A stretch of 64,000 nucleotides of DNA, taken from Candidatus Dadabacteria bacterium. GTDB taxonomy: Bacteria > Desulfobacterota_D > UBA1144 > Nemesobacterales > Nemesobacteraceae. The stretch is from assembly GCA_009837205.1 (NCBI GenBank), contig VXTZ01000026.1, positions 7,200 to 71,199 on the forward strand, given 5' to 3'. Position numbers and translations under genes: made by a program. The notes beneath the pieces were generated by a model, which saw only the letters and a program-made list of their open reading frames with translations, did not search any database and was not told the DNA's origin. Positions 10,199 through 19,375 of this stretch are shown here, in pieces. Each line of letters opens with the position of its first letter. Positions within the stretch are counted from its first letter, which is position 1.

Positions 10199-11230
10199 AT
10201 GGAAAGAAAAGAAAAATACAACGTGGCGATAGCGGGAGCCACGGGCGCCGTGGGACAGGAGATGATGCAGATACTCGAGGAAAGGAATTTCCCCGTGGGA
10301 GAACTGCGCCTTCTCGCTTCCGAGCGCTCCAGCGGGAGAAAATATAGTTTCTGCGGAAGGGAGATAATCGTCTCGGTGCTGGGTGAGGACTCCTTTCGTG
10401 GCATAGACATAGCTCTTTTCTCCGCCGGCTCCGAAAGAAGCAAAAAATACGCGGACCGCGCCGTTGCAAGCGGAGCGGTGGTTATTGACAACAGTTCGGC
10501 GTTTCGGATGGACCCCGAAATTCCCTTGGTAGTACCCGAGATAAACGCCCAAGCGGCCGCACTTCACGAAAAAAAAGGGATAGTTGCCAACCCAAACTGC
10601 ACGACTGCGGTAGCTATTATGGCGCTCAAGCCCATTCATGAAGTATCAAGAATAAAAAGGGTGGTTGCGACGAGCTTTCAGGCGGTCTCGGGAGCGGGAG
10701 CCGGTGGGATAGCTGAGCTTGAAAGCCAAGTGCGAAGCTGGTCTGAGAGCGAAGAGCCCCCGCGCGAAATAAACACGTTTCCCCATCAGATAGCCTTTAA
10801 CGTGATTCCTCACGTAGATTCCTTTACAGAGAGCGGCTACACGAAGGAAGAAATGAAGCTTCACAACGAAACGCGCAAGATACTGGGGGATGATTCCATA
10901 GTCCTCACGGCGACGACCGTGAGGGTTCCGGTTTTTCGGTCCCACTCGGTTTCACTTAATCTGGAAACGGAAAGAAAAGTGACTGTCGAGGAGGCAAGGG
11001 AGGCGATCAGGGATTTCCCCGGGGTTTCGCTCGTTGACGACCCGGAGAATTCCGACTACCCGATGCCGGTTGAAAGTTCCGGGAAAGATGACTGCTTTGT
11101 CGGAAGAATCAGGGAGGACTACACGGTCAAGAACGGTCTTTCCCTGTGGGTGAGCGGAGACCAGTTAAGGAAAGGCGCGGCTCTTAACGCAGTGCAGATA
11201 GCTGAGCTTCTGGTTAGAAACCATGTCTGA
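10199..11230 (+). CDS. asd: aspartate-semialdehyde dehydrogenase
   Basis: GATGAVGQ Rossmann motif, active-site NPNCTT, ~340 aa. Confidence 0.9.
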   Translation: MERKEKYNVAIAGATGAVGQEMMQILEERNFPVGELRLLASERSSGRKYSFCGREIIVSVLGEDSFRGIDIALFSAGSERSKKYADRAVASGAVVIDNSSAFRMDPEIPLVVPEINAQAAALHEKKGIVANPNCTTAVAIMALKPIHEVSRIKRVVATSFQAVSGAGAGGIAELESQVRSWSESEEPPREINTFPHQIAFNVIPHVDSFTESGYTKEEMKLHNETRKILGDDSIVLTATTVRVPVFRSHSVSLNLETERKVTVEEAREAIRDFPGVSLVDDPENSDYPMPVESSGKDDCFVGRIREDYTVKNGLSLWVSGDQLRKGAALNAVQIAELLVRNHV

Positions 11231-11750
11231 GAGAGGTGTTTTGAAAAAGCTTTCGGATTTTTTCCTTGCGCCGCCAAGGATCGACTCCGATGAACTGAAG
11301 GAGCTGCTCGGGGAAGACGATTCCGTGCTGCTCACGGTTCAGACCCTCAGCTGCACTTACAAACCGAGGGCATGGGTAGACAGAAACACTTTTTTCAGAA
11401 GCATACTGATACTTACGAAAAAAAGGATCCTGTTACTTAAAAACAGCTCCAAAGTGAACGTTCTAAGGGACATAGAGCTTGACACCATAACGCATCACAA
11501 GTTCGGTTCCACCAGAAGCAAGGGGCTCAAGCTTGAAATAAAGACAGTCGACGCGGAAGACTCGATTATGTTTCACCAGCAGTACAGAAAAGAGTTTGAA
11601 GAGCTTTCGGGGAAATTCGAAGAGGTGATGGCCCAAGCCATTGAACTCTCCGCGGGAACCGGAGAGACTTTCTTCTGCATGCACTGCGGAGCGAGAATTC
11701 CCGCCGCGAGCGTCTTCTGTTCTTCCTGCGGCAAAAAAGTTAGGGTATAG
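11223..11750 (+). CDS. hypothetical protein: PH-like N-terminal domain plus C-terminal zinc ribbon
   Basis: C-terminus CMHCGARIPAASVFCSSCGKK is a CxxC...CxxC ribbon. The N-terminal ~130 aa resemble bacterial PH (YokE-like) domains. Overlaps the asd stop by 8 nt. Confidence 0.5.
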   Translation: MSERGVLKKLSDFFLAPPRIDSDELKELLGEDDSVLLTVQTLSCTYKPRAWVDRNTFFRSILILTKKRILLLKNSSKVNVLRDIELDTITHHKFGSTRSKGLKLEIKTVDAEDSIMFHQQYRKEFEELSGKFEEVMAQAIELSAGTGETFFCMHCGARIPAASVFCSSCGKKVRV

Positions 11751-11774
11751 CAGCCTCTTGGGACGGAGAGAAAA

Positions 11775-12650
11775 TTGATACACGGTTCTATAGTAGCGAT
11801 AGTGACGCCGTTTGAAGACGGCGCCGTTGACTACGGAAATCTAGAAGAGTTAATAGAGTTCCATATAGAGAGCGGAACCCACGGCATAGTTCCGGTCGGA
11901 ACCACAGGAGAATCCCCAACCCTCTCTCACGCTGAGCATGAAGAAGTAATAAAATTCACCGTGGATACGGTAAAGGAGAGGATTCCCGTGGTCGCGGGCA
12001 CCGGGTCAAACAGCACCGAGGAAGCCCTGCGACTCACGAAATTCGCGGAGAAGGCCGGTGCGGACGCGGCTCTGGTGGTAACTCCTTACTACAACAAGCC
12101 GACTCAGGAAGGAATCTATAGGCATTTCCGCACAATTGCAGACAAGACTTCGATTCCCCTGATACTCTACAACGTGCCGGGGCGCACGGTCGTAAACATA
12201 GAGCCGGAAACCGTGGAGAGACTTTTTTGCGACTGCGAGAGCATAATCGGCATCAAAGAAGCCTCGGGCTCGCTTGAGCAGGCAAGCAGAATCATTTTTC
12301 TCTGCGGAGAGGATCTGATTCTCCTCTCGGGAGACGATGTGGTTAACTATCCCCTTCTAACGGTCGGGGGGAAGGGCTTCATAAGCGTGACAGCGAACAT
12401 AGCTCCCGCGGACGTATCGGAAATGTACAACTCCTTTGCAAGGGGGGAACCTGAGAGGGCCAAAGAGATTCACTACCGCCTTCTCCCGCTTAGCAGAGTT
12501 CTCTTCGTGGAATCAAACCCGATACCCGTAAAGGCCGCTCTTGCCGTGATGGGGAAAATAAGCCCCGGGATAAGAGCCCCGCTTTATGAGCTTTCGGGAG
12601 AAAACCTCGAGAGACTGAAAAGAGAACTTGAGAGCTACGGGCTCACGTAA
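11775..12650 (+). CDS. dapA: 4-hydroxy-tetrahydrodipicolinate synthase
   Basis: GSIVAIVTPF...GTTGESPTLS...YNVPGRT motifs. TTG start with GGAGAG upstream. Confidence 0.9.
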   Translation: MIHGSIVAIVTPFEDGAVDYGNLEELIEFHIESGTHGIVPVGTTGESPTLSHAEHEEVIKFTVDTVKERIPVVAGTGSNSTEEALRLTKFAEKAGADAALVVTPYYNKPTQEGIYRHFRTIADKTSIPLILYNVPGRTVVNIEPETVERLFCDCESIIGIKEASGSLEQASRIIFLCGEDLILLSGDDVVNYPLLTVGGKGFISVTANIAPADVSEMYNSFARGEPERAKEIHYRLLPLSRVLFVESNPIPVKAALAVMGKISPGIRAPLYELSGENLERLKRELESYGLT

Positions 12651-12658
12651 AACGGAAA

Positions 12659-13261
12659 TTGTCTGAATCCGACTGCCTTTTACACACTGAAGATAGAGTC
12701 TCGGGATCCGGGAGAATCGTGGCCGGCGTCGACGAAGCCGGAAGAGGATGTCTGGCGGGGCCGGTCGTGGCAGGCGCCGTAATACTTGATGAGAACCGGC
12801 CTATTCACGGACTCAGGGATTCCAAGGCACTTTCTGAAAAAAGGCGCAATGAGCTTTTTGAGCAAATCCGGGAAAAGGCTCTCGCCTACTCGGTCGGCAT
12901 GACCGCGGCCGAGGAGATCGATCGCATAAACATCCTGCGGGCGGCGCTTCTGGCAATGGAAAAAGCTGTTCTGGCCCTAGGGAGAAAACCGGACTGTCTT
13001 CTCATAGACGGCAACTCGAAGACTTCTCTTCCCATCCGGCAAAAGGCGATAATAAAGGGTGACTCAAAGTGCGCCTCAATAGCGGCCGCTTCAATTGTCG
13101 CAAAAGTGACAAGAGACCGCATCATGACCGAGATTGAAACAGAATACCCCGGATACGGCTTTTCCCGTCATAAGGGTTATCCCACAAAAGAACACCTCGG
13201 CGCTCTGCGAAATCTGGGGCCCTGCCCGATACATAGAAAATCCTTTAAAGGTGTCTTATAA
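12659..13261 (+). CDS. rnhB: ribonuclease HII
   Basis: GVDEAGRGCLAGPVV catalytic motif and DSKALSEKRR, ~200 aa. Confidence 0.9.
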   Translation: MSESDCLLHTEDRVSGSGRIVAGVDEAGRGCLAGPVVAGAVILDENRPIHGLRDSKALSEKRRNELFEQIREKALAYSVGMTAAEEIDRINILRAALLAMEKAVLALGRKPDCLLIDGNSKTSLPIRQKAIIKGDSKCASIAAASIVAKVTRDRIMTEIETEYPGYGFSRHKGYPTKEHLGALRNLGPCPIHRKSFKGVL

Positions 13262-13281
13262 CTGATTGACATAATTATATC

Positions 13282-13311
13282 TTGACTTTTTCCCGCTATT
13301 GAAATGATAAT
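13282..13311 (+). promoter_or_regulatory. candidate sigma70-type promoter of the MerR-family gene
   Basis: TTGACT at 13282..13287, an 18-nt spacer, then GATAAT at 13306..13311. The ATG at 13318 lies ~7 nt downstream, so the transcript may be leaderless or near-leaderless. Confidence 0.35.
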
Positions 13312-13317
13312 ATAAGT

Positions 13318-13668
13318 ATGTCTGGGATGCTTTCAGATCTGTCTCTGCCGGACAAGCTTTATTTCAAGATAGGAGAAGTAAGCGAGATCATAGGAGTGAA
13401 ACCCTATGTTCTCAGATACTGGGAAACCGAGTTCAAAGAAGTAAGGCCTATCAGGAGGAAGTCCCAGAGACTTTACGACAAGGACACGATTTATCTCTTC
13501 CACAAGATAAAGCACCTGCTCCACGATCAGAAATTCACCATAGCGGGGGTTCAGAAAAGACTCAGGGATGAGAAAAGCGGAAGCGGAAATATATCCCCCA
13601 TCTATTCGGACAAAGTACTGTTGCGCGAAATTCTAAATGAGTTAAAATCCCTGAGGCGGGATCTCTGA
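13318..13668 (+). CDS. MerR-family transcriptional regulator (small, no metal-binding Cys)
   Basis: N-terminal winged HTH YFKIGEVSEIIGVKPYVLRYWETEF typical of the MerR family. Confidence 0.8.
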   Translation: MSGMLSDLSLPDKLYFKIGEVSEIIGVKPYVLRYWETEFKEVRPIRRKSQRLYDKDTIYLFHKIKHLLHDQKFTIAGVQKRLRDEKSGSGNISPIYSDKVLLREILNELKSLRRDL

Positions 13669-13718
13669 ACGGGCCACTTCGCGTCCTGTTCGCCTCTGAT
13701 CCGGTTTCTTGTTAAATA

Positions 13719-13794
13719 CGGGGTGTGGCGCAGTTGGTAGCGCACCGGTCTGGGGGACCGGGGGTCACCGGTTCAAGTCCGGTCACCCCGACCA
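13719..13794 (+). tRNA. tRNA-Pro (anticodon GGG)
   Basis: Hand-folded cloverleaf. Acceptor CGGGGTG/CACCCCG and anticodon arm CCGGT-CTGGGGG-ACCGG. Has a TTCAAGT T-loop and an encoded CCA. Confidence 0.9.
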
Positions 13795-13916
13795 AATCAA
13801 ACCCGCAAGTCAGTTTTCAAGCCAAATTCAGTTGTCCATATGACTTTCTCAGTGTGCCGGGATTGGCTGTTGCGAGAAATCCCTGATGGGTTAAAATCTA
13901 GCCGGAACTTTTTGTT

Positions 13917-13993
13917 CGGGGTGTAGCGCAGCTTGGTAGCGCACCGGCTTCGGGAGCCGGGGGTCACCGGTTCGAATCCGGTCACCCCGACCA
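13917..13993 (+). tRNA. tRNA-Pro (anticodon CGG)
   Basis: Hand-folded cloverleaf. Anticodon arm CCGGC-TTCGGGA-GCCGG, same acceptor stem as the first tRNA-Pro, encoded CCA. Confidence 0.9.
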
Positions 13994-14002
13994 TTCCCAG
14001 AC

Positions 14003-14761
14003 ATGAAACCTAAAATACTGCTCTCAAACGATGACGGGGTAAATTCAGAAGGCCTGAAAGCTCTGGGAGAGGCCCTCTCTCACTTGGGAGAAGTCTACAC
14101 CGTGGCTCCTGACCGCGATCAGAGCGCCTCGAGTCATTCGCTTAACCTCATGAGACCTCTTAGAATCGAGGAAATTTCAGAGAGGGTATTCTCCGTGGAC
14201 GGAACTCCAACGGACTGCGTGAATCTCGCCGTGAACGGAATTCTGGGCGAGAAGAAACCTGATCTCTTAGTCTCTGGAATAAACATGGCCGCCAATATGG
14301 GAGATGACATAACCTATTCGGGAACCGTAAGCGCCGCGATAGAGGCAACTCTTATGAAAATCCCCGCAATAGCGGTATCGCTCGCGGCGAAAAAAGACTT
14401 TCTGTTCCGAACCGCAGCCCACTATTCAAGAGTGGCCGCGGAATTCGTCCTTAAAGCAGGTCTCCCCGAAAACACCCTGCTAAACGTAAACGTGCCTAAC
14501 CTTCCCCTCGAAGAAGTAAAGGGAATACGGGTTACGCGCCAGGGCAAAAGGGTTTATCAGGCGCCAATAGTGGAAAAAACCGATCCCCGGGGGAAGAAGT
14601 ATTACTGGATAGGCGGAAACGAGCTTGATTCCCTTAGAATTGAAAACTCAGACATAGTATCCATCCTTGAAGGCTACGTCTCGATAACCCCGATAAAGCT
14701 TGATATGACGGATTACGAGTACCTCGAAGAGCTCAGGGAAAAACTAGAGAACCATGCTTAA
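14003..14761 (+). CDS. surE: 5'/3'-nucleotidase SurE
   Basis: ILLSNDDGVNSEGL...SGINMAANMGDDITYSGTVSAA motifs. Confidence 0.9.
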   Translation: MKPKILLSNDDGVNSEGLKALGEALSHLGEVYTVAPDRDQSASSHSLNLMRPLRIEEISERVFSVDGTPTDCVNLAVNGILGEKKPDLLVSGINMAANMGDDITYSGTVSAAIEATLMKIPAIAVSLAAKKDFLFRTAAHYSRVAAEFVLKAGLPENTLLNVNVPNLPLEEVKGIRVTRQGKRVYQAPIVEKTDPRGKKYYWIGGNELDSLRIENSDIVSILEGYVSITPIKLDMTDYEYLEELREKLENHA

Positions 14762-15335
14762 AAGCCTCTACGACTGGGTTCTGGGCTGGGCGGACAGAAA
14801 GCATGGTCCCTTTGCCCTTTCTCTGGTTTCCTTCGCGGAAGCGTCTTTTTTCCCCATACCCCCAGATCCACTTCTCATGGCTCTTTGTCTCGGAAATCCC
14901 AGAAAGTCATACCGCTTCGCTCTTTACTGCTCCGTTTTCTCCATACTGGGAGCGGCGGCCGGGTATCTCATAGGATACTGGGTATGGGAGCTTGTCGGGG
15001 ACTTTTTCACATCGCACATCATAACTGCAGAGACGCTAGCTGCGGTAAGTAACAAATACTCGGAAAATGTATTTGAAGCCGTTCTGGCCGCAGCCTTCAC
15101 CCCCATACCCTTTAAGGCGTTCACCGTGACGGCGGGAGTCTTCAAGGTCGACTTCCTCGCCTTCATAGCCGCCTGTGCCGTGGGAAGAACAGCCAGATTC
15201 GCAATAATCGCCTTCCTTCTTTCGGTTTTCGGAGAAAAAGTAAAATTGCTTATCGATAAATATTTCAACATATTTACGGTTATATTTTTCATACTGCTTC
15301 TGGTTGGGGTATTGCTTCTAAAGAAACTGGGCTGA
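14754..15335 (+). CDS. YqaA/DedA-type (VTT domain) membrane protein
   Basis: Polytopic membrane protein with an FPIPPDPLL motif characteristic of the YqaA/DedA family. Overlaps the surE stop by 8 nt. Confidence 0.65.
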   Translation: MLKSLYDWVLGWADRKHGPFALSLVSFAEASFFPIPPDPLLMALCLGNPRKSYRFALYCSVFSILGAAAGYLIGYWVWELVGDFFTSHIITAETLAAVSNKYSENVFEAVLAAAFTPIPFKAFTVTAGVFKVDFLAFIAACAVGRTARFAIIAFLLSVFGEKVKLLIDKYFNIFTVIFFILLLVGVLLLKKLG

Positions 15336-15406
15336 AGTGCCTGGCAAAAGCTTCGCGGACATGCGGACACGGAAAGTGATTTGTTGGCACGTAACTTGCC
15401 GCATAA

Positions 15407-15420
15407 GAACATATATGTTC
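15407..15420. promoter_or_regulatory. perfect 14-bp palindrome GAACATATATGTTC upstream of the IDH-family gene
   Basis: Read directly from the sequence, 41 nt upstream of the ATG at 15461. The binding protein is unknown. Confidence 0.25.
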
Positions 15421-15460
15421 CATAGAAACCTGGTTTCAAACCGTATCACACGTACAGATT

Positions 15461-16489
15461 ATGAGCGCTAGAAAAGTCGTTTTAATCCCGGGAGACGGTA
15501 TCGGTCCGGAAATCGCCGAAGCGACAAAGGACGTAATCGCCGCTTCCGGAGCCAAGATCGAATGGGTCATAAGAGGGGCCGGCGTATCGGCTATAGAAAA
15601 ATACCGGGAAGCTCTGCCGGGAGTCACTCTGGACGCCATAAGGGAACATAAAGTCGCGCTCAAGGGCCCATGCACGACCCCGATAGGAGAGGGGTTCTCA
15701 TCGGTAAACGTGGAACTGAGAAAAAAACTTGACCTGTACGCGGCCGTAAGGCCGGTACGAAGCATTGAGGGCGTGAAGACCAGATTCTCTGACGTTAACA
15801 TAGTCATCGTGCGCGAGAACACCGAAGGTCTTTACAGCGGCGTTGAAAACACGGTTTCCCCTGGAGTCGTGATGAGCATGAAGGTCGCGACCGAGAGAGC
15901 GTGCGAGCGAATCGCCAGATGGGGTTTCGAATATGCGAGAAAAAGAGACAGAAAAAAGGTGACCGTGTTTCACAAGGCCAATATAATGAAGATCACAGAC
16001 GGTCTCTTTATCAGCAAGGCAAGGGAGGTAAGCGAGCAGTACCCGGACATAGGGTATGAAGAGTACATCATAGATGCGGGGTGCATGAGACTGGTTCAGG
16101 ATCCGGGCATGTTTGACACCCTGTTGCTTGAAAACCTCTACGGCGACGTGATGAGCGACCTCTGCGCCGGCCTTGTCGGAGGACTCGGCGTTGTTCCCGG
16201 TGCCAACATAGGAGATGAATACTCGGTCTTTGAAGCGGTACACGGGTCTGCACCGGATATAGCAGGACTCGAAATAGCAAATCCGCTCGCTCTAATAATG
16301 TCAGCGGTAATGATGCTCAGGTATCTGGCCGATTCAGAAGGAAGAGAGGACATGAGAGAAGCGGCCGACAAGATAAAGACGGCTTACAACATAGCCCTTT
16401 CAAACGGCGACAAGACCCGGGATCTGGGAGGCAACCTCAAGACGGCCGACTTTGCCAGGGTTCTTATACAGAATATACTGAAGATATAA
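15461..16489 (+). CDS. isocitrate/isopropylmalate dehydrogenase family protein (NAD-isocitrate dehydrogenase-like)
   Basis: [23 protein letters not shown] and [10 protein letters not shown] motifs of beta-decarboxylating dehydrogenases. The ~340 aa size fits the NAD-IDH/homo-IDH subgroup. Confidence 0.8.
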   Translation: MSARKVVLIPGDGIGPEIAEATKDVIAASGAKIEWVIRGAGVSAIEKYREALPGVTLDAIREHKVALKGPCTTPIGEGFSSVNVELRKKLDLYAAVRPVRSIEGVKTRFSDVNIVIVRENTEGLYSGVENTVSPGVVMSMKVATERACERIARWGFEYARKRDRKKVTVFHKANIMKITDGLFISKAREVSEQYPDIGYEEYIIDAGCMRLVQDPGMFDTLLLENLYGDVMSDLCAGLVGGLGVVPGANIGDEYSVFEAVHGSAPDIAGLEIANPLALIMSAVMMLRYLADSEGREDMREAADKIKTAYNIALSNGDKTRDLGGNLKTADFARVLIQNILKI

Positions 16490-16531
16490 ACAGTCCCCGC
16501 CTCCCGCGCGGCAAAATGCTGGTAAACCCCG

Positions 16532-17428
16532 ATGAACAGAAACAGAAAAGTCCCTTTTCCGGTTTTTCTTCTGATCTCAACCGTGCTGAATTTCATACTG
16601 ATTCAGTTTCTTTTCTCAGAGATACTTCCAGACCCCGAAAGTCTTAAGGACTCGCTTGAGAGAACGTACATAGAACTTATCGAGATACCAGTTAAAGAGA
16701 CTGAACCTCCCGACAAACCGTCAAGGCTCGCCGATAAGTCTCACAGGGCGGAAAAAGAAACTACGATAGATGACACGACAAAACTCTCAAGGTCCGCCCC
16801 GCAGCCGACAAAGAAAAGCACGGCGCAAAGAAAACCCGCGGGAGCGATTCAACCCGGAGAACAGAAAAAGAGCACGGAGAGGTTCTCTCCCGAAAAAGAC
16901 CGGGTCGCCATCATACCCGAAGGGGAAAAAGACAAACCAGAAAAAAGAAAGGCCAGTCCCAATCAACTGCCCAGAAGCGACCCGAGCGCTTCCGCTTCCC
17001 AGATGGTAAATCCCAGCATAGTGGACGTTCCGTTCGACTACAATACAGAGGAGCAACTTCTTGGCACCAAAGACGTCGAGAAGGAAATCACCGTTGATCT
17101 AAACACGACGGAATACAAGTACATCTCCTATTTCACGAAACTGAAAGAGAGAATTTACCAAGTCTGGAAATACCCCAAGGAATCGCAGGTAAGAAGGGAG
17201 CAGGGAAACGTACGGATCGTTTTCACTCTCAGAAAAGACGGATATCTTGAAAACGTGAGGATAATCCAGCCCTCCGGTTTCGAGAATTTGGACAGGGAAG
17301 TGTTGCGCACAATAAGGGTGGCTTCCCCCTACAACCCCTTCCCCGAGAGCTGGGAGGAAGAAAGACTCAAAATACCCGCCACCTTCGATTACAAGCTTCC
17401 CACCTGGGTAAGAAGGTACTACAACTGA
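16532..17428 (+). CDS. TonB-family energy transducer
   Basis: N-terminal TM segment, Pro/Lys/Glu-rich spacer, and a C-terminal TonB domain (GNVRIVFTLRKDGYLENVRIIQPSGFENLDREVLRTI). Confidence 0.75.
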   Translation: MNRNRKVPFPVFLLISTVLNFILIQFLFSEILPDPESLKDSLERTYIELIEIPVKETEPPDKPSRLADKSHRAEKETTIDDTTKLSRSAPQPTKKSTAQRKPAGAIQPGEQKKSTERFSPEKDRVAIIPEGEKDKPEKRKASPNQLPRSDPSASASQMVNPSIVDVPFDYNTEEQLLGTKDVEKEITVDLNTTEYKYISYFTKLKERIYQVWKYPKESQVRREQGNVRIVFTLRKDGYLENVRIIQPSGFENLDREVLRTIRVASPYNPFPESWEEERLKIPATFDYKLPTWVRRYYN

Positions 17429-17438
17429 ACCCGCACTC

Positions 17439-18482
17439 TCAGAGAATGCGGACTCTGGGACCAGGGGAGTCAGCTTCTTTTATCTCGCCGACAAGATAAG
17501 CCGTTTCCGGTAGATCCCGTGCGAAGGACAAGGCTTCTTCAGCCTGCTCCCGCGGCAGTACCGCTATCATTCCTACTCCGCAGTTAAACGTCGAGTACAT
17601 CTCGTCGCGGGTTATGTTCCCGGTTTTCATTATCAGGTCAAAAACAGGAGGTTCAGGCCAGTTTTGGCCTTCAATTGCTGCAAAAAGTCCGTCAGGAATG
17701 ACTCTTGAGAGGTTTCCAGGAATCCCGCCGCCCGTCACGTGGGCAAGAGCCCTTACGTCGAATTCTCCGCAGAGTCCGAGAACAGTCCTTGAGTATATGA
17801 CCGTGGGTGTGAGAAGTTCCTCTCCAATGGTTTTTGAGAGGCTTGGGGGTTTCGAATCAATCGAGTAGTCTCCGATATCGAAAAGCAATTTTCTCGCAAG
17901 TGAGTAGCCGTTTGAATGAAGACCGCTTGAAGCAAGACCGATGACCGCGTCGCCCGGCCCTACCCCGGCACCGTCAATATAAAGATCTTTTTCCACCACT
18001 CCGACACAGAAACCCGCAAGATCAAACTCCCCTTCGGCGTAAAATCCAGGCATCTCAGCCGTCTCGCCCCCGATAAGCACGCATCCAGCTTGGATACATC
18101 CCTCGCAGATACCTTTTACCACCTCGGCCGCCTGCTCTGAATCGAGCTTCGAGGTAGCCAAGTAGTCAAGGAAGAACAGAGGTTTCGCGCCGTACGTAAT
18201 CACGTCGTTAACGCTCATGGCAACCAGATCTATGCCTATCGTATCAAATCTGCGTGCGGAAAAGGCCGTTTTGAGCTTCGTGCCGACGCCGTCTGTGGCC
18301 GATACAAGCAGGGGCTCGCGGAAAGCATCCGCATCAAGCGGAAAAGCACCTGCAAAACCCCCGAGCGGGCTTACTTTGCTTTCGCCGTAGGTCGACTCGA
18401 CCAGAGGTTTTATAAGCCGCACGAACCTCTCGCCTTCCTCCACGTCAACTCCGGCGCTTTTGTAAGTAATCTCTTCCGACAC
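17439..18482 (-). CDS. purM: phosphoribosylformylglycinamidine cyclo-ligase (AIR synthetase)
   Basis: YKSAGVDVEEG...ATDGVGTKL...GGETAEMPG motifs. Confidence 0.9.
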   Translation of the reverse strand: MSEEITYKSAGVDVEEGERFVRLIKPLVESTYGESKVSPLGGFAGAFPLDADAFREPLLVSATDGVGTKLKTAFSARRFDTIGIDLVAMSVNDVITYGAKPLFFLDYLATSKLDSEQAAEVVKGICEGCIQAGCVLIGGETAEMPGFYAEGEFDLAGFCVGVVEKDLYIDGAGVGPGDAVIGLASSGLHSNGYSLARKLLFDIGDYSIDSKPPSLSKTIGEELLTPTVIYSRTVLGLCGEFDVRALAHVTGGGIPGNLSRVIPDGLFAAIEGQNWPEPPVFDLIMKTGNITRDEMYSTFNCGVGMIAVLPREQAEEALSFARDLPETAYLVGEIKEADSPGPRVRIL

Positions 18483-18500
18483 GAAAAAAGAGACCGTCTG

Positions 18501-19115
18501 TTAATTGACGACCTTCATGGACAAAATAGACACCGTCTCGACGGGAACATCTCCCGGTCTGGTCTGAACAACGGCTATTTTATCAACAACTTCGATTCCC
18601 TCAGCCACTTTTCCAAACACCGCATAACCGAAATCACGGACACCATGATCAAGGAAAGGATTGTCCCTGTGATTTATAAAAAACTGCGACGTAGCGGAAT
18701 TAACATCGGCGGTCCTGGCCATTGCTATGGTGCCGCGTTCATTTTTAAGGCCGTTTTCAGCCTCGTTTTTTATCGGGGCTTTAGTCGGCTTCTGTTTCAT
18801 GTCCGCGGTGATACCGCCACCCTGTACCATGAAATTATTTATCACCCTGTGAAATATGGTGTTGTCGTAAAAACCCTCTTCCACATAGGAAAGAAAATTC
18901 GCCACGGTAATCGGCGCCTCTTCTTCATAAAGCTCAAGTTTTATGTCACCTAGTGAAGTCGAAATAAGAACCATTGGTTTTCTCCTTTCTTTCTTGCCGC
19001 TCGATTCAGCGGACGTTTTTTTGTTCTTACTAGAATCAGAATTAGAGTACCCATCTCCGGGAAAAGCAATCAAAGCGAAAATAAAGCATAGAGCGAAAAC
19101 AACTGCGTTTTTCAT
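18501..19115 (-). CDS. cyclophilin-type peptidylprolyl isomerase, exported
   Basis: [13 protein letters not shown] and GTIAMAR...SATSQFFIN motifs, with an N-terminal signal peptide. Confidence 0.9.
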   Translation of the reverse strand: MKNAVVFALCFIFALIAFPGDGYSNSDSSKNKKTSAESSGKKERRKPMVLISTSLGDIKLELYEEEAPITVANFLSYVEEGFYDNTIFHRVINNFMVQGGGITADMKQKPTKAPIKNEAENGLKNERGTIAMARTADVNSATSQFFINHRDNPFLDHGVRDFGYAVFGKVAEGIEVVDKIAVVQTRPGDVPVETVSILSMKVVN

Positions 19116-19375
19116 TGGAAACCTCTGGATCGTAGATTTAAGAAGAAATGGAATTCGTTCTATTTAAAACAGGCGGTAAAAAGTTCCTCAGACACTGTGG
19201 GCTTTCTTCTTCCCGTCGCCCGTAATGATAGCACAAAGAAGTGAAACAGTGAACTTTTATTTCCCTGCCCAAGCAAGCGAAGGGGCGCTACCATGTTTAC
19301 AGCATCCTCAGCTAAAGGGATAATTACCCGTGCGCTTTACAACCCTGCGCGAACACCAAAAAACGGAGACAGACA

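Noticed and set aside
9579-10639. Two long minus-strand ORFs (296 and 287 aa) across rpiB and asd
   Set aside because: They are antisense to two strongly motif-supported genes. Their translations are Arg/Ser/Pro-rich low-complexity sequence, as expected from the reverse frames of a coding region.
13300-13313. AAATGATAATAT in the MerR-gene promoter shares a 12-mer with the Fur-type boxes
   Set aside because: Only one half-site is present and there is no TCATTT partner. The match coincides with the -10 region and is probably fortuitous.
13797-13994. ORFs overlapping tRNA genes (13797..13994, 44488..44754, 51955..52179, 55138..55374)
   Set aside because: Each reads through one or two hand-folded tRNA cloverleaves, so they are artefacts of ORF calling.
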